Under the pieces are notes generated by a model. The model did not search any database and had not been told where the DNA came from. It was given only the letters and a program-made list of their open reading frames with translations. Of a DNA stretch of 64,000 nucleotides, positions 1 through 11,501 are shown in pieces. Origin of the DNA: Phoronis australis. Its lineage: Eukaryota; Animalia; Phoronida. The stretch spans positions 1,508,442 through 1,572,441 of the forward strand of contig NMRA01000006.1 of the NCBI GenBank assembly GCA_002633005.1, in the 5' to 3' direction. The position numbers were made by a program, and so were the translations under genes. The first letter of the stretch is position 1. Each line of letters begins with the position of its first letter.

Positions 1-126
1 GAGCTGCAGATTGATGTAGACAACATTCTGGAGGAACTCGGACGCCGCCATGTACTTCTGCTGAATGATCATTATGCGGCAGGCTTTGATGCTGGCTTCC
101 AGTTCGATGATTCCAGCAAAACGATA
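1..126 (-). CDS. TRAPPC9: TRAPPC9 coding exon 5 (truncated by window edge)
   Basis: gttgtag|TATCGTTTTGCTGGA...; encodes [42 protein letters not shown]. Confidence 0.92.
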
Positions 127-3100
127 CTACAACACAGCAGTTGGTGAAGTGTTGAGGCCACATAAAAACTGATCAAGAATATTTCACTGTCCTTACTACA
201 TGTATGACTAGAACAACGCTTTTTGAAGAGCAACATTTTACAAAGTGCTCACTTTAATCACAGGAACACAAAACCAATTCATGTAATTACCACCATAGAT
301 AAAATATAGTACACGTCAAAAATATTCAGACAAAATGACTCGGAATTCCCCACCATGACAGCTGGGTGGAAGCCAAATTCAACCTCAGACTAGTCTTCCT
401 TCATGATCGAGAATGAATGAGGAATTAATGGGAAAGTTATCAAGGAGGCTAAGCGATTTTGTAATAAGAATTTTGCTGCCCTAATATTGTACTACCAATG
501 TTTTTTGTTGTTACCAGCATTAGCCGTCACGACGGGGAAACGGTCTGATTATTTTATTTGTCTTATGTAAGCCACGAATATTTATTAATCTTTATAAAAG
601 ACCCTACACGTCTTTTCTGGGATACCATAAAACAGAGTAAAACGTATACAATGCCAACTAAGACAGCTGATTCGTAACAAATTGTGCATCAGAAGACCGC
701 GAACAATTTAGGTGAGTGAGACATAGAAAGAGATCCAAGCTTTTGGTATATTTTACCTTACTATACTGTATGATGGCTTCTTTGTACTTGTCTATAATAT
801 CGTTAGGGGCCAGGCAGTTTTTGCTGACGTGAACCTTAGGGTCCAGGCCATTTGTACCTGCTATAAAACTGTTCACTGAAAACACAAAATGGTCAAGCTT
901 GAATAACATAACAATGATTCTTTTCAAATCTCCATGAGCACATCTTTCAAACAATGAGGAATGACAGTCTCAAGGAACAATAACACACAGACCTTGTCCA
1001 AAATGGACTCTAACACTGCTGTAAACCCATGTTCCATAAAAGAAAGGGACTTTTTTAACAAAAAATTCTCCAGTTTGGGACTGTCTGTAAATTTCAGGAC
1101 GCCAAAACTTAAGTCAAAATTGGATTTTCTTGATTCTGATGACAGGGACATGTGCAGTTTTGGCGCTCACCCCATTTCTCAAACATCTGACACATCGATT
1201 TTTATCAACAGCCTGATAATAGACTCCGCAGTTTATAAAATCGTCGAAAAAAAAAAATGCTGATGCAAAATTTTGATGCTTCCCCATAATGTGTAACATC
1301 AGGGTGAATGATTGTTTGTCATTGATTGTAATTCTTGAATTTGGGGCAAACAATATTGCCTATTTCTAAAATTTGGTACAACCTCTGACCTCAAGAAAAA
1401 TAATTTTCACTGGCTCGAACTGTGGAATTTTTAACATGGACCAGTTGCTGCAATAAAACTGGTGTTGGCTTCTTCCTCAGTCAAATAAGAAATGGCTTCT
1501 AAACTTGGAATAAACTCACAGTTTGCTATTACTTCCGATTATTTTCAGTGCTTAAAATGACTTGCCGCAACAAGCCAACTGATTGAGCCAAGTCTCGAGC
1601 ACAAACGAACTGTCATGTCTTTTCCAAACCCAGCAACCATTTCTCGTCTGTTTAAGGAGCAAGCTCGGACTAGTTTTGTGGTAGTAAGTAGGCTAAATCA
1701 AAAGTTTGTTTTGCTTCATGATACTTGAGTTTGCAGCAACTTTAATGTCTGTTTTGGACATAACCAAGGTACCTAAACTACACGGCTAATGGACTCATAA
1801 ACACGGTCACAGGCGCACGAACACAACTCACGGACCTGCAAACACCGTCCACTGACTCACAAACCCGGGAACGTACTCACAAAACACGATCCATTCACCC
1901 AAATACACGGGACATGGACTCATATTCACAAGGAAACACAGTTAACGGACCGCCAAACATGGGTCATGGACTCATCGGCTTCCTGGGTCAGCTTACATCT
2001 ACATTTTGTCCGCAAACCGTATTTGGCGGTCCGTTAACCGTGCTTCTTCGTGAATGTGAGTCCGTGTCCCGTGTATTTGGGTGAATGGATCGTGTTTTGT
2101 GAGTCCGTTCCCGTGTTTGTGAGTCAGTGGACAGTGTCTGCAGGTCCATGAGTCGTGTTCATGCGACCGTGACTGTGTTTATGAGTCTGTTAACCGTGTA
2201 GTTGAGGTACCTTGATAACTGTAAAAAGAATCAAGACGTATTTTTACAGAAGGCGGGTTAATGGCTGTATATACTTTAAATACCTCTGTATGAAATTAAT
2301 ACCAACCTGACTTCATTTTGGGTTGCTGAGTGGAATTCCCACTTTTAACCGAGAATGAAAAGTTCCTATTTAAACCCAGCTTTTCCTCTTTGGGGTACAG
2401 CATGAGAGCCGACGATGCACACTGGCCTTCTAGAGCACCTGAAGAAGAGGTAGATCAAATATTATCAACACTGAAAATCTTATGTACTGAGTTAAGTATT
2501 ACTACAGCCTTGGTCACACACCGGTGTATGCTCAGCCAATATCGACGATCAAGTTCTATCTCAATGCACAACATGATAGGTTCATTTCTTCAATGGATCA
2601 ATAGCAGCATTAGGTGAGTTTTGATGTCTTCAACTGGCCAGCGCTCCCGTTAATGCTTACGACAGTCAGCTGATAGGAGCACTTTTCTATAGGCAAATTC
2701 ATCGGATCCCGATCGGAAGCTTGATGTGACCGAAGCATTAGGCACAACACAGTCTGGACACAATAAGGGTAATGCTGATCACAGGCAAGATATTCAGAGT
2801 TCAGCTCCAATACCAAGTAACATCAATTACTAATAGAGCAGACACAGACACTAACTACATGTTTCCCATATTCTGCTTGCTAAGACTATGATATTGACAA
2901 GACAGACACACTTCCATTGCTACGGTATGTACTCAAATACACAGACAATGACAATCATTACATCAAAGAGACAACATACCTGTCTCACCAAAACACCAAC
3001 CCAGCCTAGGATAAATTAATTTCACCTATTCATCATTTCTCACAAGGTATGAATGACAATAATCCTAGAAACATGTAACTGATGGTGGTAACATTGTGTG

Positions 3101-5012
3101 TGCCACTCATAGACTACAGCACTGGGTGGAGCTTAAGTCAAACAAGATCGATTTTTTCATACACAGACCATGCACCCTACATGCCAACCACAGGAAGACT
3201 TCGATATTTTACATATACAGAACAATACCTTACCTTACAACCATAACCAATCACTGGCAGACTTCAATATTTTTGCATACACAGAACAAGTACCGTACCT
3301 GCCAACCATAACCAATCACTGGCAGACTTCAAAGACTCGTTAGCCACCTCGTAGTGTTCTATGGCTGCTGACATCATTCCTGCCTGAAGACACAAATCAC
3401 CCTGGTGCTTCCGCAGTCGACCTAAGCACTTCTTCTTGAAAGTTCTGGCATAAAAACAAGAGTAGAAAACATGCTGATGAAACACCAACGCCACAGACTA
3501 TGTCTGTGATACAGCCCCCAGTTACATATCAGATCATTTCTTGTTGCTTGTAAACTTTCATCGTAACGTTCGTTTCAGTCACGGGTCTTTTTTACATTCC
3601 ACATTATGGTAGTCATAGAAAAAATACCTTCAGCAAGTATCCGAATAAGCCCAAAAGACACAGGATGTTTGCATAGTGCGACGTCATTTTCTTCAGCTGA
3701 CTATAAATATTCAGAATAAATATGCCAAACTGACCAAAATACCCTCAAAAAGGTAAAATTCCCCTTTCGCGTATCATTTTCATTTAAGCAAACTGGTACA
3801 AATGTCTAAATCAACTAATGTAGATTTCAACTGAGCACTGAAATATTTGAATTCACCAGTGACCCAGTAAGTCTTTTAAAAGTGGCCAGAGCATCCAACT
3901 ATAAATCTTACTCATAATCAAACACTACGTAATTAAAACAAGATCAATTGGAAGTCACTAACCATAACCAATCATAATGAATTCACATCTAAAAAAGTCT
4001 GACCATCTCAGTGGCTACAGTCACTTATAGGGGTCCCGCATTCTGAGAACCAGTTCGATGCCCATTATTCAGTGGACAAAACTGGTTCACAAAATGCAGC
4101 CATCTCAGCATGGTAGTGAACCCACGGTATGCTAGGTCTCAAATGACAGTGCCATACTTTCAACAAATGAAAATTTAGGTACAGCGAAATAACACACCTT
4201 GAATTAGTGTCAGACTCCGAGGCGTTATAGTCTCGCCTTTCAAACGGCGTCATGAGCAGCGGTGGTTTGTCCAGTTTCTCGTACGTTCTGTCGAGCCGCT
4301 TGCTTTCCAGCACCCAAAACAAAGCAAGAGCGAATTCTTCCATCCGCTCTTTCAAGTCTGAGCACTCGTTGACGGAAGGATAAAACCATACCTGAGTTTT
4401 TGAGCTCTCTCGATTAATTTTACTATCACTACGCTCTTCGCCATTTGATGCCATCTCGGAGCTTTTAACCTGTTCACCCCCCACTTCAGAGACCTCAGTA
4501 ATGGTATTTAAATTAGATTCAAAGCTGGAACTCAGGGACTTGCTAGTCTGCTTGAAATTTTCAATTTCTGGAGGCATTAAACTGACTTCCGCCTGCAAAG
4601 ACTGACTGCTATCCTTATTGTTAGGCAAAACGAATGTCCCGTCCTGTTGAAAACCAAACACAACAAGCCTGGAATCGAACAATGTTGAGCGGTACTGTCT
4701 CTTAATCTCCTCATAACGGTTTAACACATTTCCGAGCTGACTGTCTTGTGTACACTTGGCAACACAGACCAAGCCAAGCGCTTTCCTGTGTGCTTGAAAC
4801 TCGCCCCATTCATTATTGGATGCTGAATAACTACGCTTGTATCGTAGGCGTACCCATCTCTGCTGGTCTTGAACACGAACGCTCTGCACCTTATGAATGA
4901 TGTCATAGATACGACCGAAATTTTTCGCGCCTAATTCTGGCTCAATGTACGAGACCAACACAAGGAGGCTCTGGTGATCTTCTACAGACTGCGCATAGTC
5001 AGCTTGGCTCAT
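1..5012 (-). CDS. TRAPPC9: Trafficking protein particle complex subunit 9 (NIBP), 5' part; coding exons 5012-4198, 3444-3299, 2438-2307, 857-757 (tandem TAG/CAG acceptor, alternative start 860), 126-<1
   Basis: Spliced translation reads [20 protein letters not shown]...[13 protein letters not shown]...[23 protein letters not shown]...[16 protein letters not shown].../GTNGLDP...[37 protein letters not shown]...[13 protein letters not shown], which matches my recall of TRAPPC9. All junctions are GT-AG and phase-consistent. An acceptor (tttcag) 5 nt upstream of the ATG implies an upstream non-coding exon. Confidence 0.95.
757..857 (-). CDS. TRAPPC9: TRAPPC9 coding exon 4
   Basis: tagcag|GTACAAATGGC...AGTAAG|gtaaaa; encodes [22 protein letters not shown]. 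Confidence 0.9.
1765..2214. mobile_element. Foldback/MITE with ~190-bp inverted arms and 5-bp TSD ATAAC
   Basis: Termini CAAGGTACCT...AGGTACCTTG; the arms are reverse complements around a short central spacer; ATAAC directly flanks both ends (1760-1764, 2215-2219). Confidence 0.8.
2307..2438 (-). CDS. TRAPPC9: TRAPPC9 coding exon 3
   Basis: cttcag|GTGCTCTAGAAGGC...TCAG|gttggt; encodes [16 protein letters not shown]... Confidence 0.9.
3150..3332 (-). repeat. Degenerate ~64-bp tandem repeat (about 3 units) spanning the TRAPPC9 exon 2 3' end and donor
   Basis: caaccataaccaatcactggcagacttcaa occurs at 3238-3267 and 3303-3332; a third decayed unit lies near 3180-3225. Confidence 0.75.
3299..3444 (-). 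CDS. TRAPPC9: TRAPPC9 coding exon 2
   Basis: tgccag|AACTTTCAAG...GGCAG|gtacgg; encodes [22 protein letters not shown]...DWLWLA. Confidence 0.92.
4018..4098. mobile_element. Short hairpin/MITE family copy (core GAGAACCAGTT...AACTGGTTCTC)
   Basis: The same core occurs at ~17890, ~29990, ~34285, ~47030 and ~62195. Confidence 0.7.
4198..5012 (-). CDS. TRAPPC9: TRAPPC9 first coding exon
   Basis: ORF 4065..5012; the exon ends at donor AAG|gtgtgt at 4198. Confidence 0.93.
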
Positions 5013-8000
5013 TGTGCCTGAAACGTATCATTATTTGTAGGCAAACAAATCAAATTTAGAAATAGTCTATGTGCTGTATAAGGTTAACGAGTAACTGTCT
5101 ACCTTTGTGGATTTTTTTTAAAGAATTCAATGTTCACATATGCAAGTATAGAATTATAACTTTATTTTTCATTGATGCTCATGAAACATTTCTTAAACAT
5201 GTTATTTACTACAAGTAAGTGTCAAGTGTATGAGTAGTTTAATAGATACAATTTCAATTGATTTCATGTCAAATCATTATCGTTTCGAACATTTTCTGGG
5301 ACTTTGATTTTTGAGACTTTTAAAAGCAATATTCAACATCAATTTCTCTAATAAGTGTGCACATTTACTGACATGAAATTCTGCACACTTATTCTGTGGT
5401 ACATGGTGATGGATCCGTGGCCCAGATTTTTTATGTTTCTCCCAAGTTCAGAGATGTGGCCACCAATGACTGAAGCCTCTGTTGCTTTGTCGTAAATTAT
5501 AGTATGACCAATAGTTACCTGCACATTAAAAATCAGATTACATAGGTGAAACAAAAAGTCACAAACAGTTTAGTTTTTCTTAGAAATATTTTAATTAAAA
5601 TTGATTTTGTGGCATTTCAAAGCACAAATTAAGATTTTTCTCACTATAAACACATCGAAAACACCTGTTTTGAAAACCACCATTGATTTTCAGTTCCCAT
5701 TTAAAAGAGGTAAAAATACGTGCAACAAATAATATTTCATAACACTTCCCTCCTTCAAATAGTCCAAGTTCTGTTGAATTTGTATTCAAATAGAAACACT
5801 TTGTTAATTGGTGTGTGGTACTTCAATCTAATTTAAGAACAAGAGCATTCAACACTCTATAAATAAACATGCACTCCAAAATTCCAGACTGCAGGCTCCA
5901 AGTCACAAGAGGTCAGACAATGATAAGAGAATGGCATTTACAACTCAGCAACTGGTGGGAAATTACACACTCTTGAGCACCCAAAATGTAAAGTAGTATC
6001 CACATTTTAAATGAACTGAATGAACAGTTTGTAATTCCTCACAGACTCGATTTGCAAAAGATGAAATGTCCAGGTTTTGGAGCACGAATTTTGCAAAAAC
6101 CAAAACATATTTTATGGTTTAATTTGTTACATAACAGCCGTTCATGAACATTTTACATTCATGAACTATAGGACGACAATAGAATTCAGAGAAAAATGTG
6201 TTGTAAAAGCACAATATTGGCTACACGTTGTGTTAATCCAGTGTCCAAAATTCAAATTTTCATCTACTTTATTATTAATTGTTGCGTTCAAGTTCATTTC
6301 AGATTCGGGGGCAAAACCAAAATAGAGTCGACTGCTGAGTGCCGTACAATATCATAACCAACCAAGCCAAATTAAGGAGGGACTGGCTGAAGTCTTTGAA
6401 CTTTAACCAAGAGTTCCTTAAAACCGTACCTACCTGCTCAAACCAAATGTATCAGGGAAAGCTAACGGGGTCACTGACATTCTTTTGGTACAGCATTATC
6501 AACAGTTTGTTCACTCTCCGATGCTACATAACTAGAATAAACTAGTTTTCAGTTAGTAAAGTTTGCTCGTCAAAATCATTGAAAGACGACTCACTTTTCA
6601 CGTTACTTATTTTGATATTATTAAGTCAAACATAAAAACGCTAAAGAAAGTCCTCAATTGTCGACATGTCAAAAACATTTATGTAAAAATTAAATTGACT
6701 ATTGGACTTGTCGCGGAAATGGTCCCATACTTTGCGCTGCCTGGCGAGAATACCAGAGAACTAACTACGGTTGAACTTCTGGCAATCTGCCTGCTCCGTG
6801 GCAATGAACGCATTATCCAATGTTTCGTATTCCATTGACATGTTACTGATTTATAAGTATTCAGTCACTAACTTACGTTATCTTCAGTAGTTCATAAACT
6901 CTTACGTCTGCGTTAATTTAAAACAGCTTTTTTCATAAAATTAGTCGAGTGTTCATTTTTCCACCTTCTGTAGCACTAGCCAACTGTCAGTAATTGTCCA
7001 CAGAACACAAGATGTTAGTTTCAGCTATGTGTACTTAATCTTAACGCTAAAGCACATCACGTAAGGGAAAAATAGTTCTAATTAAAGAGGAGCCAAAAGA
7101 ATATACGAAAGGATCAACAGTATCACTCACACACACATTGAATGCACCCAGCCCACTAGACGGTTTGGCAAAAGATCCCATGAGAAAATAAAGAACTGAT
7201 TTAAGTGGAAGAAACCTTCATAAAATAATTGAATAAAGTACAAGACGGAGATATCCATGGAAATATTAATATATTTTATCATTTCTGTATAATATGTACA
7301 AACACAACATTGAACAGCGGCTCGCAAGGCAATCAACTGAACCGTTTTAGTGAAACGAGCGGAGAACTCAACAATGGTAGTTTGCATATTTTACGGCATA
7401 CTGCCACAAAAAGAAACGTTATGGTACAGGCACTTTCATAAATAATACCATGAGTCCAAATTTCTGATGTTAAAGTTAACTGAGATATAATATTCATTTA
7501 TCAGAAAGCGAGTAATAAACAACTGAAGTCATTCTTTCAGAAATAACGACACTGGGGAAATAAAGAATTTAAACCCAAAGTTTAAAGCACCACATCACCA
7601 TAGGATTTAGAAAGTAAAAGATTTTTTGATCAAAGCACATTCCTATTAAGCGCTTGACTTTTTTACAAAATTGACATGTGGCAAGATCCCACAGATTTGT
7701 GCGGAGACTATGAGTCCTGTAATCCAGAAAGTGACAAAAGTAATTGCTTGCTAGGTAAACTGACAGTTGATTTTGGACAAATGTAGCTCTTTACTCATAT
7801 CTATAACCTGAACTTGTGGCATCTTGAAGTACAACTAAAATGATGTGATGCATATAAAGGTCAATGATATGAAAACAAAACATTTCAAAGCATTACTCAA
7901 CTAGATGGAAACACAAACAGATGATAACTTTGATGTTTTACAGTAAATAGTGTCACATATTGAATTCTTCTGGGGTAACAGACTACAACCCAAAGTCAAG

Positions 8001-9151
8001 ATATAAAACTGCTCTCAGCTCTCAATCTACACTCAACACTGAGTGCAACACAAACTCTGTACAAATTATTTGCCAATAGGTGGGAAAATTCTATGAATAT
8101 TCAAATGAATCTTAAAGCGCATCCCGTCAGCTCAATGACTTTGAACACAAGTGCAAAATATGAGAACCACTGGTATAAACACAAATCAGTCAGCAAATTT
8201 TTTTATATAATTCAGTGGACAGCAAAGAAAAACGCCAATGGCTACGAACACAGAGGATCTGTGTTTCTTTTTTTACCCTTACGAGTAAAAGAATGACACG
8301 CCCACAGAAACAAGCGACGGATTGCTTAAACTAGCTATAAACTCAGTTTCGTACATCAAAGAAACTTAATTTTGACTCAATACCTTACCAATTCATACGA
8401 GGAATGATATCCGCAGAGAAGAACTGAAATTTTGTAACAGTGCTGAAGACCAAGCCCAACAGACAAAACATGACGTTGTGGAGCCGACTTATCAAGCGGG
8501 AACTCCAGTAATAATGATTTATCAGTTCTTCTCAAGCAGAATCATCTCCAAACTCAGTGAGAAACAGGTTACAACAGCAAGTACTCTAAATTAAAACTTA
8601 GCTTTTGGACGGAAGCTATGCTTATCTTATTGCCATAAAATTATAAATAAGTTGGCCCTTATATGTCTGAAGCTGTAGCAAATTTTTACAGGATAGGAGA
8701 CTCGATATTCACAAGGTTGCTTTGAAGAACAGGTGGTAAACAGAAAGCTATTCCCCAACACGGAGTGCCTGTGCCAAATCCTACATGACTACGGAAAAAG
8801 CTCACCAATTTAGGAGACAATAAGGTCTACAGTTGAAATTTTATTTAATAATTTCTTTCATATGAAATATAAATCACCAAATTACTGCTTTACTGGGTCC
8901 AACTTAATAAATGTATGACATCTACCATCACACAAATTTTGAAAACTTCTGGGCACTCACAACAATGCAAGACGACCTTGAAAAATGATAAGAGGAACTC
9001 TTTTTGCAATTGTTTTTGTCCGAAATTGATGAGATTTTACCGTATCCATTGCATGCATTCTTGAAGTTGGCAGACTCCACTACCGAGAAATAGTGCATTT
9101 CGAGCGCCTCACTAGCACAAAACATAGGATTCGCATACACAAGTATAATGT

Positions 9152-10178
9152 TTAGAAATCATTGTCACTATCTTCTTGCTCTGGGGGTTGTCCTCCTCGG
9201 CCTCCGAGAGTTCCGTTCATCGGTGCTTGGTCATCTGTGTCATCCTCATCATCGTCATCCAGCAGGTCATCATCATCAATTTCAATGTTCGAGTCACCAG
9301 AGCCTGTCTCGTCCTGTGAAAACAAAACAAGGTTCAATAATATGGTGCTTTGACAAGTTTCTCATCCTGAAAAAATAACATTACAAATGATAGTTTTCGT
9401 ATGTCTTTTTCAGTACAGTAACACTAAACTGTGCTAACAGAAGCCTTTCACGAGAACAACAATAAAATGTCCAAGAATCCCTAGGAATTATCAACAAGAA
9501 CACTTTCTCAGACAAAAACCAACGCACAACTTGGACTATAGACATGACAAATGAGGGGCTCAAATTTTGACAATCTGATCCTGTCAAAAAGCGGTACCCA
9601 GTTATCAAATAAGTCAACTTAGGCCCTGGCATTTGACTACATGTTCAAAAATCCAGGAATTTCTGTTTTTAAAAAAAAATTTCCATCAATTACATTGATG
9701 CTCACTGATGTGATAATTATTGATCGATTTAGGTAGCTCAAGAATATTTAACATGGAAGCAAATCACTATCCCTTGCAGTGGCGGATTTAGAGGGGGGCA
9801 AGGAACCCATGGCCTCCCCTAAAACTCTCCCAGATTCAATTAGGCAGTTCCGGGGTGAGAATGTCTGACGGGCTAAATCCTGGCTAATACTCTGCCCTGG
9901 CCCACCCTAACTAAAAATCCTAGATCCACTCCTGCCTTAGAAGTCACAATGTCTGCCCTTCGGTAATCAGCCAAGCCAAGATGACATCATCTTCACACAG
10001 TAGTAACTCATGGCACCTCATGACCTCATCCGATTCACTCATCACATCTACTTTTCACAAAATACATTCATCGTTGTCACAATACTTACGTCATCATCTT
10101 CATCGTCATCATCGCTGAGGTCGGCGCCCATGCTACCAAAGTTTTTAGCAGGCTGACCAGGTTCTCCACCTCCCGCTT
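9152..10178 (-). CDS. CLUAP1: Duplicate copy of CLUAP1 last two exons (10178-10090, 9313-9152), likely allelic/assembly copy
   Basis: Same peptide as 12525-12437 and 11663-11502; lies within the N-joined duplication. Confidence 0.6.
9777..9934. mobile_element. hAT-like MITE (CAGTGGCGGAT...ATCCACTCCTG); second copy 12124-12281; related ends at ~20750, ~50700, ~51510
   Basis: Imperfect short TIRs beginning CAGTGGCGGAT with G-rich/C-rich subterminal tracts; no clear TSD. Confidence 0.55.
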
Positions 10179-11501
10179 CTGAAATTAAACGAGACAGTTA
10201 CAACTTGATTGATCATTAATTCTGTTTTTACAAAAAATGACCTGCATGTGTTATGATTTCAAGTGGGCCTAATATAAATTTGGAAGTCCAAACCACACTC
10301 ATGACAACTAAACTCAAAATCTTCAACTCAAACGTCAAGTCCATCCTGCTTTACGACTCACTAAATCCATCATCAATAACGTCCGAGTGTTCATAAACAG
10401 ATGTCAGCACCAAGTCCTGTAAAGTAAGTGGTCTGACAGAGTAACAAACGAAACAGAGCCGGGCAGGAAGCCATAGAGAAACAGATTAAGAGGAGGAAGT
10501 GGAGGTGGATTGGTCACACGCTGTGAAAGACCAATCCAAACACCACCAATCTTGCCCTTAATTGGAACCCTCAAAGAAGACGGAAACGAGGCAGACCTGT
10601 GAAGAATCGAAGACTAACTGTCACATGTGAGTCTCTCTATTGGCATGGCATCGAACGAGATCCGAATAAAGGCTACCAAACGGAAAAGATGGCTAGCAGT
10701 CATGGTGGCCCTACGCACCTCAAGGTGCCTAAAGGCATAACTGTCAAGTAAGTGTAATTTAAATGTGTCCCAGTAATCAAAGGGGCTATAAACCCACCTT
10801 CCATCACAAAAACAAAATTTTGATTTAGACAGCTTAACATTAAGGAATTGGTCTCAAATTGCTACTAATTCGAATTCCAGAGCTTTGAAAGAACTGACAG
10901 CTACAACAGCGTGTCGCTTTATGCCGCGCCGAGCATGATCACAAAGAATAAGAACTGTCAGTTCGAAACCGCCTCCAGTCTAATTAAGGAACAAGCTGAG
11001 ATCAATTTCATATCAGTACGTGGTCTTAATCAAAACTTCGCNAGGATAGGAGACTCAATATTCACAAGGTTGTGTTGAAGAACACATGGTAAACAGAAAG
11101 CTATTCCCCAACACGAAGTGCCTGTGCCAAGTCCTACATGACTACGGAAAAAGCTCACCAATTTAGGACACAGTATGGCCAACAGTTGAAATTTCATTTA
11201 ATAATTTCTTTCATATGAAATGTAAATCACCAAATTACTGCTTTACTGGGTACAACTTAAATGTATGACATCTAGCATCACACAAATTTTGAAAACTTCT
11301 GGGCACTCACAACAATGCAAGACGACCTTGAAAAATGATAAGAGGAACTCTTTTGGCAATTGTTTTTGTCCGAAATTGATGAGATTTTACCGTATCCATT
11401 GCATGCATTCTTGAAGTTGGCAGACTCCATTGCCAAGAAATAGTGAATTTTGAGCGCCTCACTAGCACAAAACATAGGATTCGCATTCACAAGTATAATG
11501 T

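Noticed and set aside
900-1650. Cluster of short ORFs in a TRAPPC9 intron suggesting a decayed coding sequence
   Set aside because: No recognisable family or consistent splice pattern by eye; a translated search would be needed.
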